The notes under the pieces: model-generated
The model's database searches: none
The model's input: the letters and a program-made list of their open reading frames with translations, nothing else
Told to the model about the DNA's origin: nothing
Position numbers and translations under genes: made by a program
Shown here: one piece after another, positions 14,077 to 27,900 of the stretch
How positions within the stretch are numbered: the stretch's first letter is position 1
Layout: every line of letters starts with the position of its first letter
Assembly: GCA_964016885.1 (NCBI GenBank)
Contig: OZ024742.1
Coordinates: 201,624,001 to 201,688,000, forward strand
Length of the DNA: 64,000 nt
DNA from: Eledone cirrhosa
Lineage: Eukaryota
Direction of reading: 5' to 3'

Positions 14077-14776
14077 CGACAACCACTTTGTGTAACCAGA
14101 ATGTGATAAAACAAAAAAATAAAAGACAAACAGATGAGTTCTTGGCAAAAGTGTGTCATTTCCTCTTTAGCTGCCTGCCAACATATGGCTGTAAGTAATA
14201 AACGTTGTATGTTTGTTTTGACGTGAACATACGCATATACATATGATGGTTGCAAACTCTGTTAAGAGTATAGCAAACGCTTGTCAGATTACAGAATTTT
14301 GGTGCACTTTTAGGCTACGGCCATCCACACGAATCTATAACATATCCTGAACAAGCAATGCCTGTGATTTGAATGTTTTTTAAGTAGGCAAAGGCCTTGC
14401 AGTCGACCAATCCCACATCTGAGCATCGAAAACACTACCCGAAAAGGAGAACTGGTCAACATCATCGGATGCTTCCGAGGCCGCAGGTTTTTTTGTTTTT
14501 AGAGTTTCCCTCTCATAGAAAGGTGTTGTGACAACAACTGGGGGCCTTTCTCTCCCAGGTTTAAAAAAAAAACAAAAACAAAATTATTTGGATGGCCGTT
14601 GACTCTGCTGAGCTCCTCAGCCCTTTGCCGGGTCTTGTATTTCATCCTGCAGGGTGTCCAACTATCACCCTTCTCACCAAGCAGGCTTGATGGGGTTGCC
14701 GGTTTAGTCACCGACGACCCGAACATGAGACAAGTTGTATTGGGTTACATGTTACCAGTAGCACTCGAGAGCGACC

Positions 14777-14807
<31 letters not shown>

Positions 14808-15486
14808 CATACACACATAGATACATACATATATACATATAAGCATCGATGCACGTATGTATGTGTGTATGTATGTATGTACGTATGTATGTATGTATGT
14901 ATGCATACATACATACATAGATACATACGTACATACATACATACATACATACATACATACATACATACATACATACATACATACATACATACATACATAC
15001 ATACATACGTGCAGACATGCATACATACATAATAGCTGCTTCTCGGTTCCGAAAATCTCCAACCCTTGACCTTGACCCCCATGCATGGGTGGCACGAGCA
15101 TGATATTTCAGCCTCCCAGGGACTTTGATATCTTTCTGCATATGCTGGAGTGAAAGAAATAACAAAAGGCCATGCTGACGCAACAAATGTTAAAGTTGTT
15201 TAGATCAAGTGATGCCGATGCTTAAAGCATTTTTAAGTGAATAAAGGCCTTGGACTGGATCAACACCACTCTCTGAACAACGTTGACAGGTATCCAAACC
15301 AAAAGGAAGAGTAGGCCAACATCATTGGCTGGCCATTGAGTCTCATCAGTTACATCAGTTTTGCTTCTCCTACAATCATGTCCTAACAAGAACTACGGAT
15401 ATTTTACTACCGGACGGTTAACTACGCGCTCTGGCACCAAACCAAGTATTTACATGTCCCCGTACATACATACATACCGACACACA

Positions 15487-15534
<48 letters not shown>

Positions 15535-15538
15535 CGGA

Positions 15539-15639
<101 letters not shown>

Positions 15640-15642
15640 ACG

Positions 15643-15752
<110 letters not shown>

Positions 15753-17032
15753 AACCTCGTCATTCAATAAGACAGGGGCGCACAAAGGAACGACAACAGA
15801 AAAACCACGGACGTGTAATATATGTACATTCACATAAATCTATAACAGAGCATATGTTAGATCTAAAATAAATTCAATGCAGATATATCTACAATTTTTA
15901 ATTATAAACCTTGCTGTGTAAACTCACATTTTCATCCCTTATTTAGACAGAAAATTATGAGATCTTTACACTTTCATCTTTAGGAATCTGTTCTCTTGTT
16001 TGATAATATCAGCGATAAATAATCTGGTAATTATTCAAAACAGACTTGTGTCATTCTAACAAAGGACATCCGTCCATTTTGACGATGATTGTTCCAGTTA
16101 TTTGATCAACGTAACAGATTACTCATAGAAATTAAAATTGCCGAGCATGTCATTGACAAATGACCCCTTAACATTCTACTCAAGGATATTTACAGGTATG
16201 TGGCAAGCCTGGCCATTTGATGTACAGATATAGTCCATCCGATGGGCTTCCATACAGCTTCCATGTATCCAATTTCACTCTCAAGGAATTGTTCAAACTG
16301 AGGCTATGGCAGATGACATACGCAGTGAGATCAAACTCGGAACATTATGATTTAGAGACGATCTCCTTAGCTATTCGACAAATAAATAGTGTTATTGAAT
16401 TTCCTCAGACAATCTAGTTTCCTTTCAGCGGGATTTTAGCCATAAAGAAGCCTGGTTGATTTATTTAAACCATGGATTGGTCTACACTTGCGTGTCTATC
16501 GGCTGAACTTCCGTTTTACTTCCTTACAGCATGCAATTCCCAATTTCCTCACCCATTCACTCCCTCACCACCTCTTTTCAGGAAGAACCTCTTCCCATGC
16601 AGAATTTTCATCAAGAACATGTTGCAACATGGACATTATAGTGGACTCAACAAAGCATCAATTCATTATATATCTGCGAAGAGAAGCCCTTAACCGTCGG
16701 CCATGATGGGATCACGTTCTAGTATAAACAAATAGAAACAGGCATCACTTTTTTTGAAAATCATAACACGGGTTAAAATAGAGTTTTTATAGATGTTTTT
16801 CTCCCTTGAGGCAATGTGGTGACCTCAGTCGTTCATTAATGTGACATGGTAATTGAAGCGCCATGATCCAAGAGCAGGTAATCAATATATATACACTAGG
16901 TCACGATGCCTCATCTATATACATACACATCATATATTCATAATCTAATAATTTCACGCTTACATGCATCTATGAATATACACTCGCATGCATTCTATAT
17001 GCATAGCATATTAATATTGTATTCATATATAT

Positions 17033-17116
<84 letters not shown>

Positions 17117-17138
17117 GTATATATATATATAGAGAGAG

Positions 17139-17265
<127 letters not shown>

Positions 17266-17378
17266 TACATAATATATATATATATATACATATGTATATG
17301 TATATGTATAGTTGATATATATATATATAAATGTATATGTTTATGTATATGTATATATATATATATATATATATGTAT

Positions 17379-17419
<41 letters not shown>

Positions 17420-17526
17420 ATACAATATATATATATATATACATATGTATATATATATATACATACATATGTATATATATATACATATATATATATATAT
17501 ACATATATACATATGTATATATATAC

Positions 17527-17592
<66 letters not shown>

Positions 17593-17661
17593 GTGTGTGT
17601 ATGTGTGTATGTGTGTATGTGTGTGTCTATATCTACGTATGTGTCTGTGTGTATGTATATA

Positions 17662-17694
<33 letters not shown>

Positions 17695-18371
17695 TGTATG
17701 TATTATAGACGGCCGAATGAATACATATGATTTTTTTTCTTTCCTATCTTCAGAAAATAAAAAGCACCAAAAACCGTAGATAACACATCTATGTAAATTG
17801 GATGTAATGAAGATAGGACAATAGAGATTAAAATGAATGAAATAACCAGCGCCACACCACCACAACCCACCATCACCAATACCACCACAAACCACCCCCA
17901 CCACCACCACCATCACCAAACAATAATACCAACATCACCTACAACCAACCTACATCCCTAACCACAAACAACAAAAACACTATAGATTACAAACAACAAG
18001 CTAAATACAACACAAACAATTTTACCACCACCACCACCACCACAACAACAACAACAATCCCTACCAGCAACAGCAGCAACAACAACCACAATGACAATAA
18101 CGCTAACAGAAATAGACCAGAATTCTACACAAAGAAAACAACGTAAGCAGTATTACGAAAGAAAAATGAAAACTAATATACCAAAAAATAAACAAGAAAC
18201 ACTTAGAATGCTATGAGTTCATAGTATTGGTTAATAAATATTCATAGGAACGCTATAATACCGTTCCGTTTGATACAACAGTTTGGTTGCTATTGGAGAC
18301 ATGGTGAATGACAGATAATTTCACCGTATAATAATTAGGTTCAGTTTAATTTTCAATAGTTTAAATTAGCC

Positions 18372-18545
18372 AAGGGCGGTGAATTGACATAGTCGTTAGA
18401 ATAGTGGATAGAATGATTTATGGTATTCGTTTCGGCTCTTTTCACCCAGAGCTCAAATCCCACCGATGTCAACTTTGACTTTCGTCTTTTCGTGGTTAAT
18501 AAAAAAAATGTACCAAACCGGAACCCTGGTCGAGTCTTCTATATA
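18372..18545 (+). mobile_element. Decayed tRNA-derived SINE (other decayed copies ~9150-9330 -, ~10555-10685 +)
   Basis: gggcggtgaattgacatagtcgttaga...gagctcaaatcccaccgatgtcaactttgactttc matches the better copies at 38.4, 47.8 and 56.0 kb. Confidence 0.7.
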
Positions 18546-20404
18546 TCTTTCTCACTTCCTTTCTACCCTTCTCACTCATTTTTTCTGCAAAAGAAAAAGA
18601 GAAAAAAATCGATGGCCTCCACCAGGATTTTTAAAATTGTCCAAGACACGCTGTATGTTCTACGCCGCCTTACGACTGCACTAGGCGTTACAGAATTTAA
18701 CTAAGACTAATATGTCCATGGTGTCGAGTGCATATATTGTGTCTACTGCAGTGATTTTTATACGGGGGTTACTTGGCTCCCAGAGAAAGAATTTCAAATC
18801 ACAGCAGGGGAACTGGGGAGGATTCCAAAATCAATAAGAATTGTGTACATTGTGTATGTGTTAAATCAGTGGTTTTGCTTTGATACATATATATATGAAT
18901 CACAGAATCACTGGGAGGAATTTTTTTCAACGAAATAATTGGGGATGAATATTTGTGAGCTGAGAAATCCTAACTGGATAATAATAGTGTAGAATGTTTA
19001 TATTTAAAACTATATAATGATATATTCAGCAATAAATACACCTACAAATTATCAGTTCACATAAAATAAAACAACTGCTGCTTAACAGAGCCAGTGTTTA
19101 TCAAATGGGAGGTATTCGGCTCACAAGGATGGGATTTTTTGACAAGAGGGCAATGGACAATAACAAGGTACATGTGAATTTTATTGATTAAGGATTTCGA
19201 ATTTATACTTAATTACCAAAAAATGAAGATAGAAAAAAACAATAAGGAATGGGGAATCAATAAATGAATGAAGTGTAAACATTTACATGTTCGGCTGGAT
19301 AATACAACTGACCAGTATCCTGTGGGTAATATGGCAAAAACATTGTAGAGTTGACCTTCCGATTTGGTGAAGGAAGACGGCAGTCGGGAGATTGATGTCA
19401 ACGGAGATTGCGATGGTAACCAACATAAATTGTTTGGGGAGGAATCCAAATTGGGGTAACACAGTGTACCCCTTCCCCCAGCGGTTGCGAATTAACAACT
19501 TAGGGGAAAAGGCTGCTGTTTCAGATAACCAGTATTTACCAAACGAAAGGTGAAGAATTTCAAGTCTCAGCCGTGTAAATGTTTGTCCAAAGAGGAAGTG
19601 GGGAAAAGTGTTATTCGGGAATGGAATCAAAACAAAACAGTGAAAGAATAATGTACACTGTGTATCACAAATTAACATTTCACACAAACACACACATGCA
19701 TACACACACATACACACATAAACACACCCACACCCACGCATACATAGATACACACATATGCACACACAAATAGGGACGATACACAGGTACATAAATAAAA
19801 CCATGCTGCTTCCCATTTAATTCCATTTTGGACTATACAATTATTGAGAAAGCTTGCAAGTGGTAATGTGATGCTTGAGTAAAATATTACAAGGTAATTC
19901 TGAAAGGGGAATAGTGAAAACCTGGGATTCGTAGTGTAGGAATGTGACTTTGGCATCTGGGAACAGCAGGACTGTACCATAATTTAAAATGGAAAACCTT
20001 TCTCGTGTTAATGGTGCTCCTTTGAAAAGGTATTAATTGACTATTCAAAATGTGTGTGTGTGTGTGGGGGGGGGGGGGACCTGACTGCTTTTGGGGAGGA
20101 ATGTCAGCTTGATCTCTGAGAATCACGGCGCTAGTGGGTTGCTACAGCTGTTAGAGATAATGTAGAATATATAGCTTATCAAAGTACAGCAGCGACCGAT
20201 ATTTGCATTATATATTAAAGTGGGAAAATTGTAATAATAAATAAAAGATTCAATAACGCGGAGACAAATTCAAAATGGCGCTGGAACGAGACAGATTAGC
20301 ATCAGAGCGATATGATTAATGAAGGTTCGGAGTAGAAAACTTTACAGCGGCTTCTCTCGTTCTTACAAAACAACCAGCGACAAGAGACATTCTCTTAAGA
20401 ACGT

Positions 20405-20501
<97 letters not shown>

Positions 20502-20609
20502 TTATTACAAGAACAGATTAAAGTTTAAGCAAAGAATCGCTGCTTTCACCCTTATATATATATAATCCTTATCGAGCCCTCTTCGGATTTTAGTCTTCAT
20601 ATTTATTAT

Positions 20610-20713
<104 letters not shown>

Positions 20714-20725
20714 GAACGACAGGAG

Positions 20726-20918
20726 GATTAAGTAGAATCGAAGTCAGTGTTGCAGCATATGTAGAAATTTTATGAACTCGCATATCTGACGAGATGTCGC
20801 AAAAGAGTTGGGCCCCGTCATTTTGATTGTACCTTGAGTTGATCAATGTAAAAGCAACTGTATTATACCAATACATTTTGTAGATATACTGCGACACTGA
20901 CTTCGATTCTATTTAATC
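20726..20918. mobile_element. Small MITE-like element with ~45-bp imperfect TIRs
   Basis: gattaagtagaatcgaagtcagtgttgcag ... ctgcgacactgacttcgattctatttaatc. A similar end motif occurs at ~8430-8456. Confidence 0.55.
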
Positions 20919-21160
20919 TATTTCCCCTTTACCCACTACAGCCGCCTTATCTCTGGAATACAATGAACACAAGATGGACCTCGTAACAGCGTTGAGTGCT
21001 TCTAACGACACGCTCTCTGTAACTGAAGTTATTCACCTAACACACACATGCACGCACGCACAGATATATATATATATATATATACGGCAAAAGGCCAGAT
21101 GGCATGACCATCTTCCCGTTCCGCGGTGGCAAACCCCTCGTCTGGGATGCCACTATATAT

Positions 21161-21597
21161 AGTTAAAAGAATAGAGGTGTAACACACAAGTTATTATATA
21201 TTGGTAAACGGAATAGAAAATGCTGACAAATTGTTCACAGTTGAAAAATGGTTTAATTAGGAATAAAAGAGTATTAGTAATTGTATGGGTTAGTATTCAG
21301 TTGTGGTTTTAAGTTTTTAAGTTTTTACCGGTTGCGTATTTCTAAATGCTTTTCAAAAATAATTTTGAGATAGAGTGTCCGTGTTGTTTGCTCAGATCAG
21401 AGCAAACAACACGGACACTCTATCTCAAAATTATTTTTGAAAAGCATTTAGAAATGCGCAACCGGTAAAAACTTAAAAACTTAAAACCACAACTGAATAC
21501 TAACCCATACAATTACTAATACTCTTTTATTCCTAATTAAACCATTTTTCAACTGTGAACAATTTGTCAGCATTTTCTATTCCGTTTACCAATATAT
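21161..21597 (-). mobile_element. ~400-bp fold-back palindrome, copy 1 (subfamily B), with a one-sided ~35-bp tail
   Basis: Arms 21196-21393 and 21400-21597 are reverse complements (about one mismatch seen), with loop agatca. Homologous to 63810-64000. Confidence 0.92.
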
Positions 21598-21610
21598 ATA
21601 TATATATATA

Positions 21611-22135
21611 CGGCAAAAGGCCAGATGGCATGACCATCTTCCCGTTCCGCGGTGGCAAACCCCTCGTCTGGGATGCCACTTGCACCGACACTTTCTGCAG
21701 CCGCAACCTGGTGCAGTCTGCGACTGACCCAGGTTCTGATGCACGTCGGGCTGAGGGGGCCAAACTCTTCAAATACCGGTCGCTCTACGACAGGTTTGCT
21801 GCGTACCCCTGGCAGTGGAGACTTCTGCTGTCCTCGACCCCAGGGCTATCTCCTTACTCACCACCATAGGCGCTGAGCTGGCCAGCCGCAGGTGTGAGCC
21901 CCGCGAGTTGGCGTGGCTTTTCCAGCGCGTCTCCCTTGCCGTCCTCCGGGGAAACGCCTCCTCCATTCTGTCTGCGGGGGCTGTGTGTGGGTCCCCTCGC
22001 GTACCGTTGTAGTTGTTGTATAAAGATATTAACTCATCAATCCCATTGTCCTAATCCAAAAGTTCTTATTTATATTCTTACATGTAAATATAATTCCATA
22101 TTTTCTTCATTTAAAAATTCAATGAAGTTTAAGAC
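21611..22135 (+). mobile_element. 3' fragment of a restriction-like-endonuclease non-LTR retrotransposon (CRE-like)
   Basis: GKRPDGMTIFPFRGGKPLVWDATCTDT...KLFKYRSL, then after a frameshift VETSAVLDP...LFQRVSLAVLRGNASSIL. These are RPD..D and GNA motifs of RLE domains. Confidence 0.8.
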
Positions 22136-22397
22136 GTCACACATATATATACACATTTAGTTAATATCATTAAGCGTTTACATCTATTGTAATCACTTGA
22201 TTTACGTAATAACAAATTTATGGAATAAACAACTCAATTAAGCAGGACATCTGTCTAGTCTCCAAACAACGAACGGTTTTTTGACCATTCGGGATATTAT
22301 TTATATTCATTTATATATACATATACAGACACACACACTCTCTCCCTCTCCCCTTCTCACTCTCTCTCACACACACTCACACACACACCTATTTATA

Positions 22398-22513
<116 letters not shown>

Positions 22514-22521
22514 TGAGTGTG

Positions 22522-22568
<47 letters not shown>

Positions 22569-24552
22569 AATATGCATACACAGATATCTCTCTAGCCCAT
22601 CTCTCTGTCATTTATATCTCAAATTTGGTAGATACCAGAACCTCACGCCTTTGACGAAAATCTAAAATCTACTATTTTCCAACCTTAACCTGTTGCCTAA
22701 TTTGAATAATATACTCTCTGGTCCCAAATCATGGCGGAGAAGCAGGAAAATCGGCAATTTTTCTACGTTCTCTTCGGTGACTTAAAAAATAAAACAAAAT
22801 TAGTCGTTTAGTTTACATATTGAGAACCTAACCCATCTTATTTATTTTATTACTTTATAACGTATGTCATTTCTTGTAATGTACATTTTTTGTCATGTAT
22901 AATATTTTTAATGTCTAATGAAAATTAATTGTCGCAGGAATGTAACCACTTAAAATAAAATTTTGGAGATAGATTAGCAAAATTTAATAAGTGGTGGGGT
23001 TGTAAAAAATCTGAAAAATTAATCATAGTATGTGTGTGTGTGTGTGGTGGTGGTGGTGGTGGGGGTGGGGCGATTATTCGAGACTCGGGAGATATACACC
23101 TCCTTCTTGGCAATCGACACCCGTGAATTTATCTCACCATTCTGTACATTGTATTTTTAGGCAGACGATGGTCGTCAGTCATCCCGTCTAATTGGTTATT
23201 GTTTACTGGGACATAGTCAAACAAGGAAGAAGGAACATACCTCAACTTTATGTTATAAAAACATTTTTAATAGGAGCAATTACAGAATATATACAAATAC
23301 ATTAGTGCTCCTAGGTTGGGATATATTTAAGTCGTCATATACTGCCGCATGGACTGATGTCATCTTTTGGATCACTGCATGTAGATAGCACGATAGAGAT
23401 AGCACGTCTCTTTTTCCTGAGGAGATCATCGTTTAATAAATATGGTATCAGCTACTGACGTCAGAACATGACGTCAGAACTAAGGGCAGTTAATCGACTG
23501 CCTTCACAGTCGACGCTAGATGGCGTGATCTTCTACATATTCTTTTCATATCCAGGTACACATGCACACACGCAAACAGATACACACACATATATATATA
23601 TATATGTTCAAATACACACACACTCATACACACACACGTTGCTCTAGTTTACTCAGCTGAAGAAATGAGTACCGGCCTGCCCGCACAGCCAGTAGGATGG
23701 CGTTATCTTATGGCTGAAACAGCACGACATGCTATGACCAGCAGCGCCGATTGGCGCCCGACAGACTGATCGGTAAAGGTGGTCAAGGTGATATATATAT
23801 ATATACTGTCCCATTCTTGATGATTACCTTCGAATGAAACAGTTCTAGTCATGCAGAAGCCATTTCTATATTTAACATTTATACTCTGTTATGTAGTAAG
23901 TATATATATATATATATATATATGTTCTCAAAAAGACTAATTAACCCGCGTGTATATTATTTTTTTCCCTCATTTCGTGGATCGTGGGTTGTCTCCCCTT
24001 CCCGCTTGGTGTCGCTATGATACTTCCTCAGTCAAACACTGCTGGAATTTCAAATTTGGCGGTCATTCGAGGTGAGAGAGAGCAACTTTACGGACACGAT
24101 TTTTGACAGCGGTAAGAAATTGTTTTCTTATATCAATGTTTAACGGGCTTCCACTGATGATTTATAAGTGCCCACCTAAATATATTCTTACATGAATATA
24201 TATTAGGCTTCTACAAAAACTGGAAACATTCTCCCAACTTGTAGAAAACTTATAATGAAACAATTGTTTGGAAAGAGAGATATACTTTAACTTTAATTAT
24301 ATCTCATAAAATAATACAACTGGATTTTCCACATTATACATATTGTTAGCATCCCAAACACTTAAATTGGGTTTATATTTTAATATAACCTAATAGTTGT
24401 TGAGTGAGATGGTTACCAGTCAGAGTTTAGCTTTAAACTATCTCTGTTATTGTATTAAATATTATATATATATATATATATATAAATGTAATCTAAGTTT
24501 TTCGAATATTAATAATAACATTCGATTCGTTTTCAATTATGCATACAAGCCT

Positions 24553-24650
<98 letters not shown>

Positions 24651-24934
24651 AAATTACGCTCTACATGGCTGAATACAATAAATGTAATCTGAGTTTTTCG
24701 AATATTAATAATAACATTCGAGCCGTTTGCAATTATGCAAACAAACCTCAATTTTATAGCCATGTCAGTAGAATGAACACTTCATTCTTGCTCTTATGTT
24801 GGCATGCGAATAGAACTGAAGACACTAATGTTTCTGTTCGCATGCTAACATAAGAGCAAGAATGAAGTGTTCATTCTACTGACATGGCTATAAAATTGAT
24901 GCTTGTTTGAATAATTGCAACGAATCGCATGTTA

Positions 24935-27900
24935 TCTATATAAAGCTGAGGATGTGTGTGTTAAGGTTTGTAACGTTTTCACGTCCACAATTTCCAACGG
25001 ATTCTATTAAACATCGGGACAATTATTGCTTTTGGTCAGGAGAAGGTCACAAAGAAAAGAAATTTCAAAACAATCAACAATAAGGGCAAAAATCGATCAT
25101 GCTTTGCGGTTTAACACACCTCCCTATAGTCTCTTAGCTTTACTCTCTCCGTCGCTCTTCCCTCTCTCTATAATAGATCATTCCCCCTCTCTATAATTTA
25201 ACTGGTTTACTCTCTCTGTCGCTCTTCATTCTCTATATGACAACACTGTTTTACACACCTCACTATAGTTTCTTAGCTTTACTCTCTCCGTCGCTTTTCC
25301 CCCTCTCTATAATTTAACTGCTGGAGGAGTCATTGGCGCTCCGTATTGACATACGGCTTTTCTGGGGTATTATTGCAAATAACACTTCATATAACAGATT
25401 AATGCTATAGACATATGAATCGGAATGTTTAAATTATTTATTTTTACGACTTTAATTGGTTAAATATTAATATGACAACACCGATAGTGTTGTAGTTCTG
25501 GCAATTCTGCCGAATACGCTGATTAGGTGAGTGTGTGTTAATGGTTTTTTTCTTTTCATATAAAGTCTAATATTTCCAGTGTTTTATTTCCAACGGATTC
25601 TATTCAAAGACGGGACAATTATTGCTTTTGGTCAGGAGAAGGTCATGAAGCAATAGACCGTTCTATCTGTAATTCCAGGAATGCTGTGGCTCCTGCTGCT
25701 GCTAGAGCTACCGAAAATGAACAGCAAAAGTCACTTCGTAATTCCCGGAATGCTCTGGCTACTGCCGCTTCTAGAGCCGAAGAATCACACAACGATCGCA
25801 GTATTAGACTAGAAAAGAACAATCGGTGTAAAGAAACTGCCCGGGCCATACAAATCTAAAACAATTCATATTGAATTTTAAAAGCTTTTAATTATGATCC
25901 AACACTTAACCTCTCAATGCGGCCTAACATCAAGATTGGGAATATGAGTTTAACTTGCAAGTTCTATAGTGCAAATAAGTGGGCCGGAGAACCACCTGGA
26001 ATGTGCTGCTCCAATGGCAAGGTTAATTTACTCCCACTAGAGGACCCAGCGCAGCCTTTGAAAGAACTTCTTCTTGCACAACTCCTAGGTCTTGAACTCA
26101 TCAGAAAGTGCAATTGTGCCTTTCAGATGACATCTTTCGGGGCACGCGTTGTCCGAGAAGATGGGTGGATGCCCACATTTAAAGTTCAGGGACAGATATA
26201 CCATCTAATTGGATCACTCCAGCCTCAAGAAACCGAAAAGTCCGCGATTCTCCAAATCTATTTTATAAGTGACTACAATAGACAGGCTGACATGCGTATT
26301 TCTATTATTCCTAAGTCTAACGGCGAGAAAAGTAAATCTGTTGACAAAGACATACTACTCGGTCTTCAACGCATGCTTCATGAAAACAACAGCTACGTCC
26401 TGAGCTTCAAATATGCCTTGGAATGAACACCTGTACCTAACTTCAACATCGTTATTTATGCTGACAAAAGGCCATCTGGGGAGCATGCTCGCCGCTATAA
26501 CGCCCTCGCATGCAATGAAGTAGCCGTTGTTCTCCATGGAGATCAGCATAATAAAAGGGACATTGTCATTAAAAGTCGTGACGATACGCTGCAGATGATT
26601 TGTGAAACGCATCGGTCATACGGCAGCCTACAATATCCACTGCTTTTTGCTTATGGGGAAGACGGATAACATTTCGGCATTCCTCAAAGCAAGTCAAACA
26701 ATTCTGACGGGACGTCAAACAATCCTGAGAGACGTTAAACAATCCTGACGAGACGTCAAATAAAAGCGTATCCTGTATGGACTTTTATTCCTACCGCTTC
26801 AGACAGAATAGTTTTAATCATATTCATAGATCACGAGAGCTTTTCCATCAGTTTGCATTTGATATGGCTGCAAAAATGGAGTCAGAAAGGTTATGCTTCA
26901 TTCACACCCATCAGAAACAGTTGCGTTCTGGATGTTACCATCACCTCCGTGATGGCATAAGGAATGATGCAGATCCCCGGAACCTTGGAAAGGTTTGTAT
27001 CCTTCCCTCTAGCTACGTTGGGGGGCCCCTATACATGCACGAAAGAACCCAGGATGCAATGACGTTTGTGGGCCATTATGGTCGCCTAAAACTGTTCATT
27101 ACATTCACGCGTAATCCGAAATGGGTTGAGATAATCCGTGGACTTTTTCCTGGGCAAAATTATTCGAACAGACATGATCTCATTGCCAGAGTGTTCAGAC
27201 TGAAACTGGCTAAACTCATGGCTTTAATCAAAAAGTGTCAGGTATTTGGCGCTGTAAAATGTGACATATTCACTGGCGAATGGCAAAAACGTGGGGTGCC
27301 ACATACTCACATTTTGAATTGGTTAGTTGATAAAATCAATTCAAATGCCATAGACAGGTTCATTTCGGCTGAAATCCCTAACCCAGCAACTCACCAGGAA
27401 TTACATGACATCGTCAAAGCTAAAATGATTCATGGTCCGTGTGCGTCGGGTCCTAATGAGCATCACATGTATCTGAAAGGGGGGGTCGTGCGGTAAAAAT
27501 TTGTTGACGAGACTTAGACAGGTAGCGACGGGTACCCCCTGTACAAGCGGAGACGGCCTGAGAACGGTGGCTTCACCACAACATTAAAGGGTGGTCAAGT
27601 CGACAATAGATGGGTGGTCCTTTACTGCCCGCTTCCCTTGAAGATGTTCAACGCCCACATCAATGTTGAGTTTTGCAACACCGTCAAGTCGATAAAATAC
27701 ATATGCAAATATGTAAATAGGGGCGGGCTCTGATGCCGCAATGTTTGCATTGCAAGTTTAAAATAGCAGGGACAAGGTCACAGAATACCTGGCGCGGCGG
27801 TACATCAGTAGCAATGAAGCTTTTTGGCGCCTATTTGGTTTACCCCTCCACCAACGACACCCCACCATCGTACATCTTGCGGTACATTTGGTAAATGGGC

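Noticed and set aside
21196-21597. Interpretation of the 400-bp palindromes as DNA-transposon MITEs, or as HHR carriers
   Set aside because: The arms match a PLE 3' UTR, have a one-sided tail and variable junctions, and contain no CTGANGA/GAAA core.
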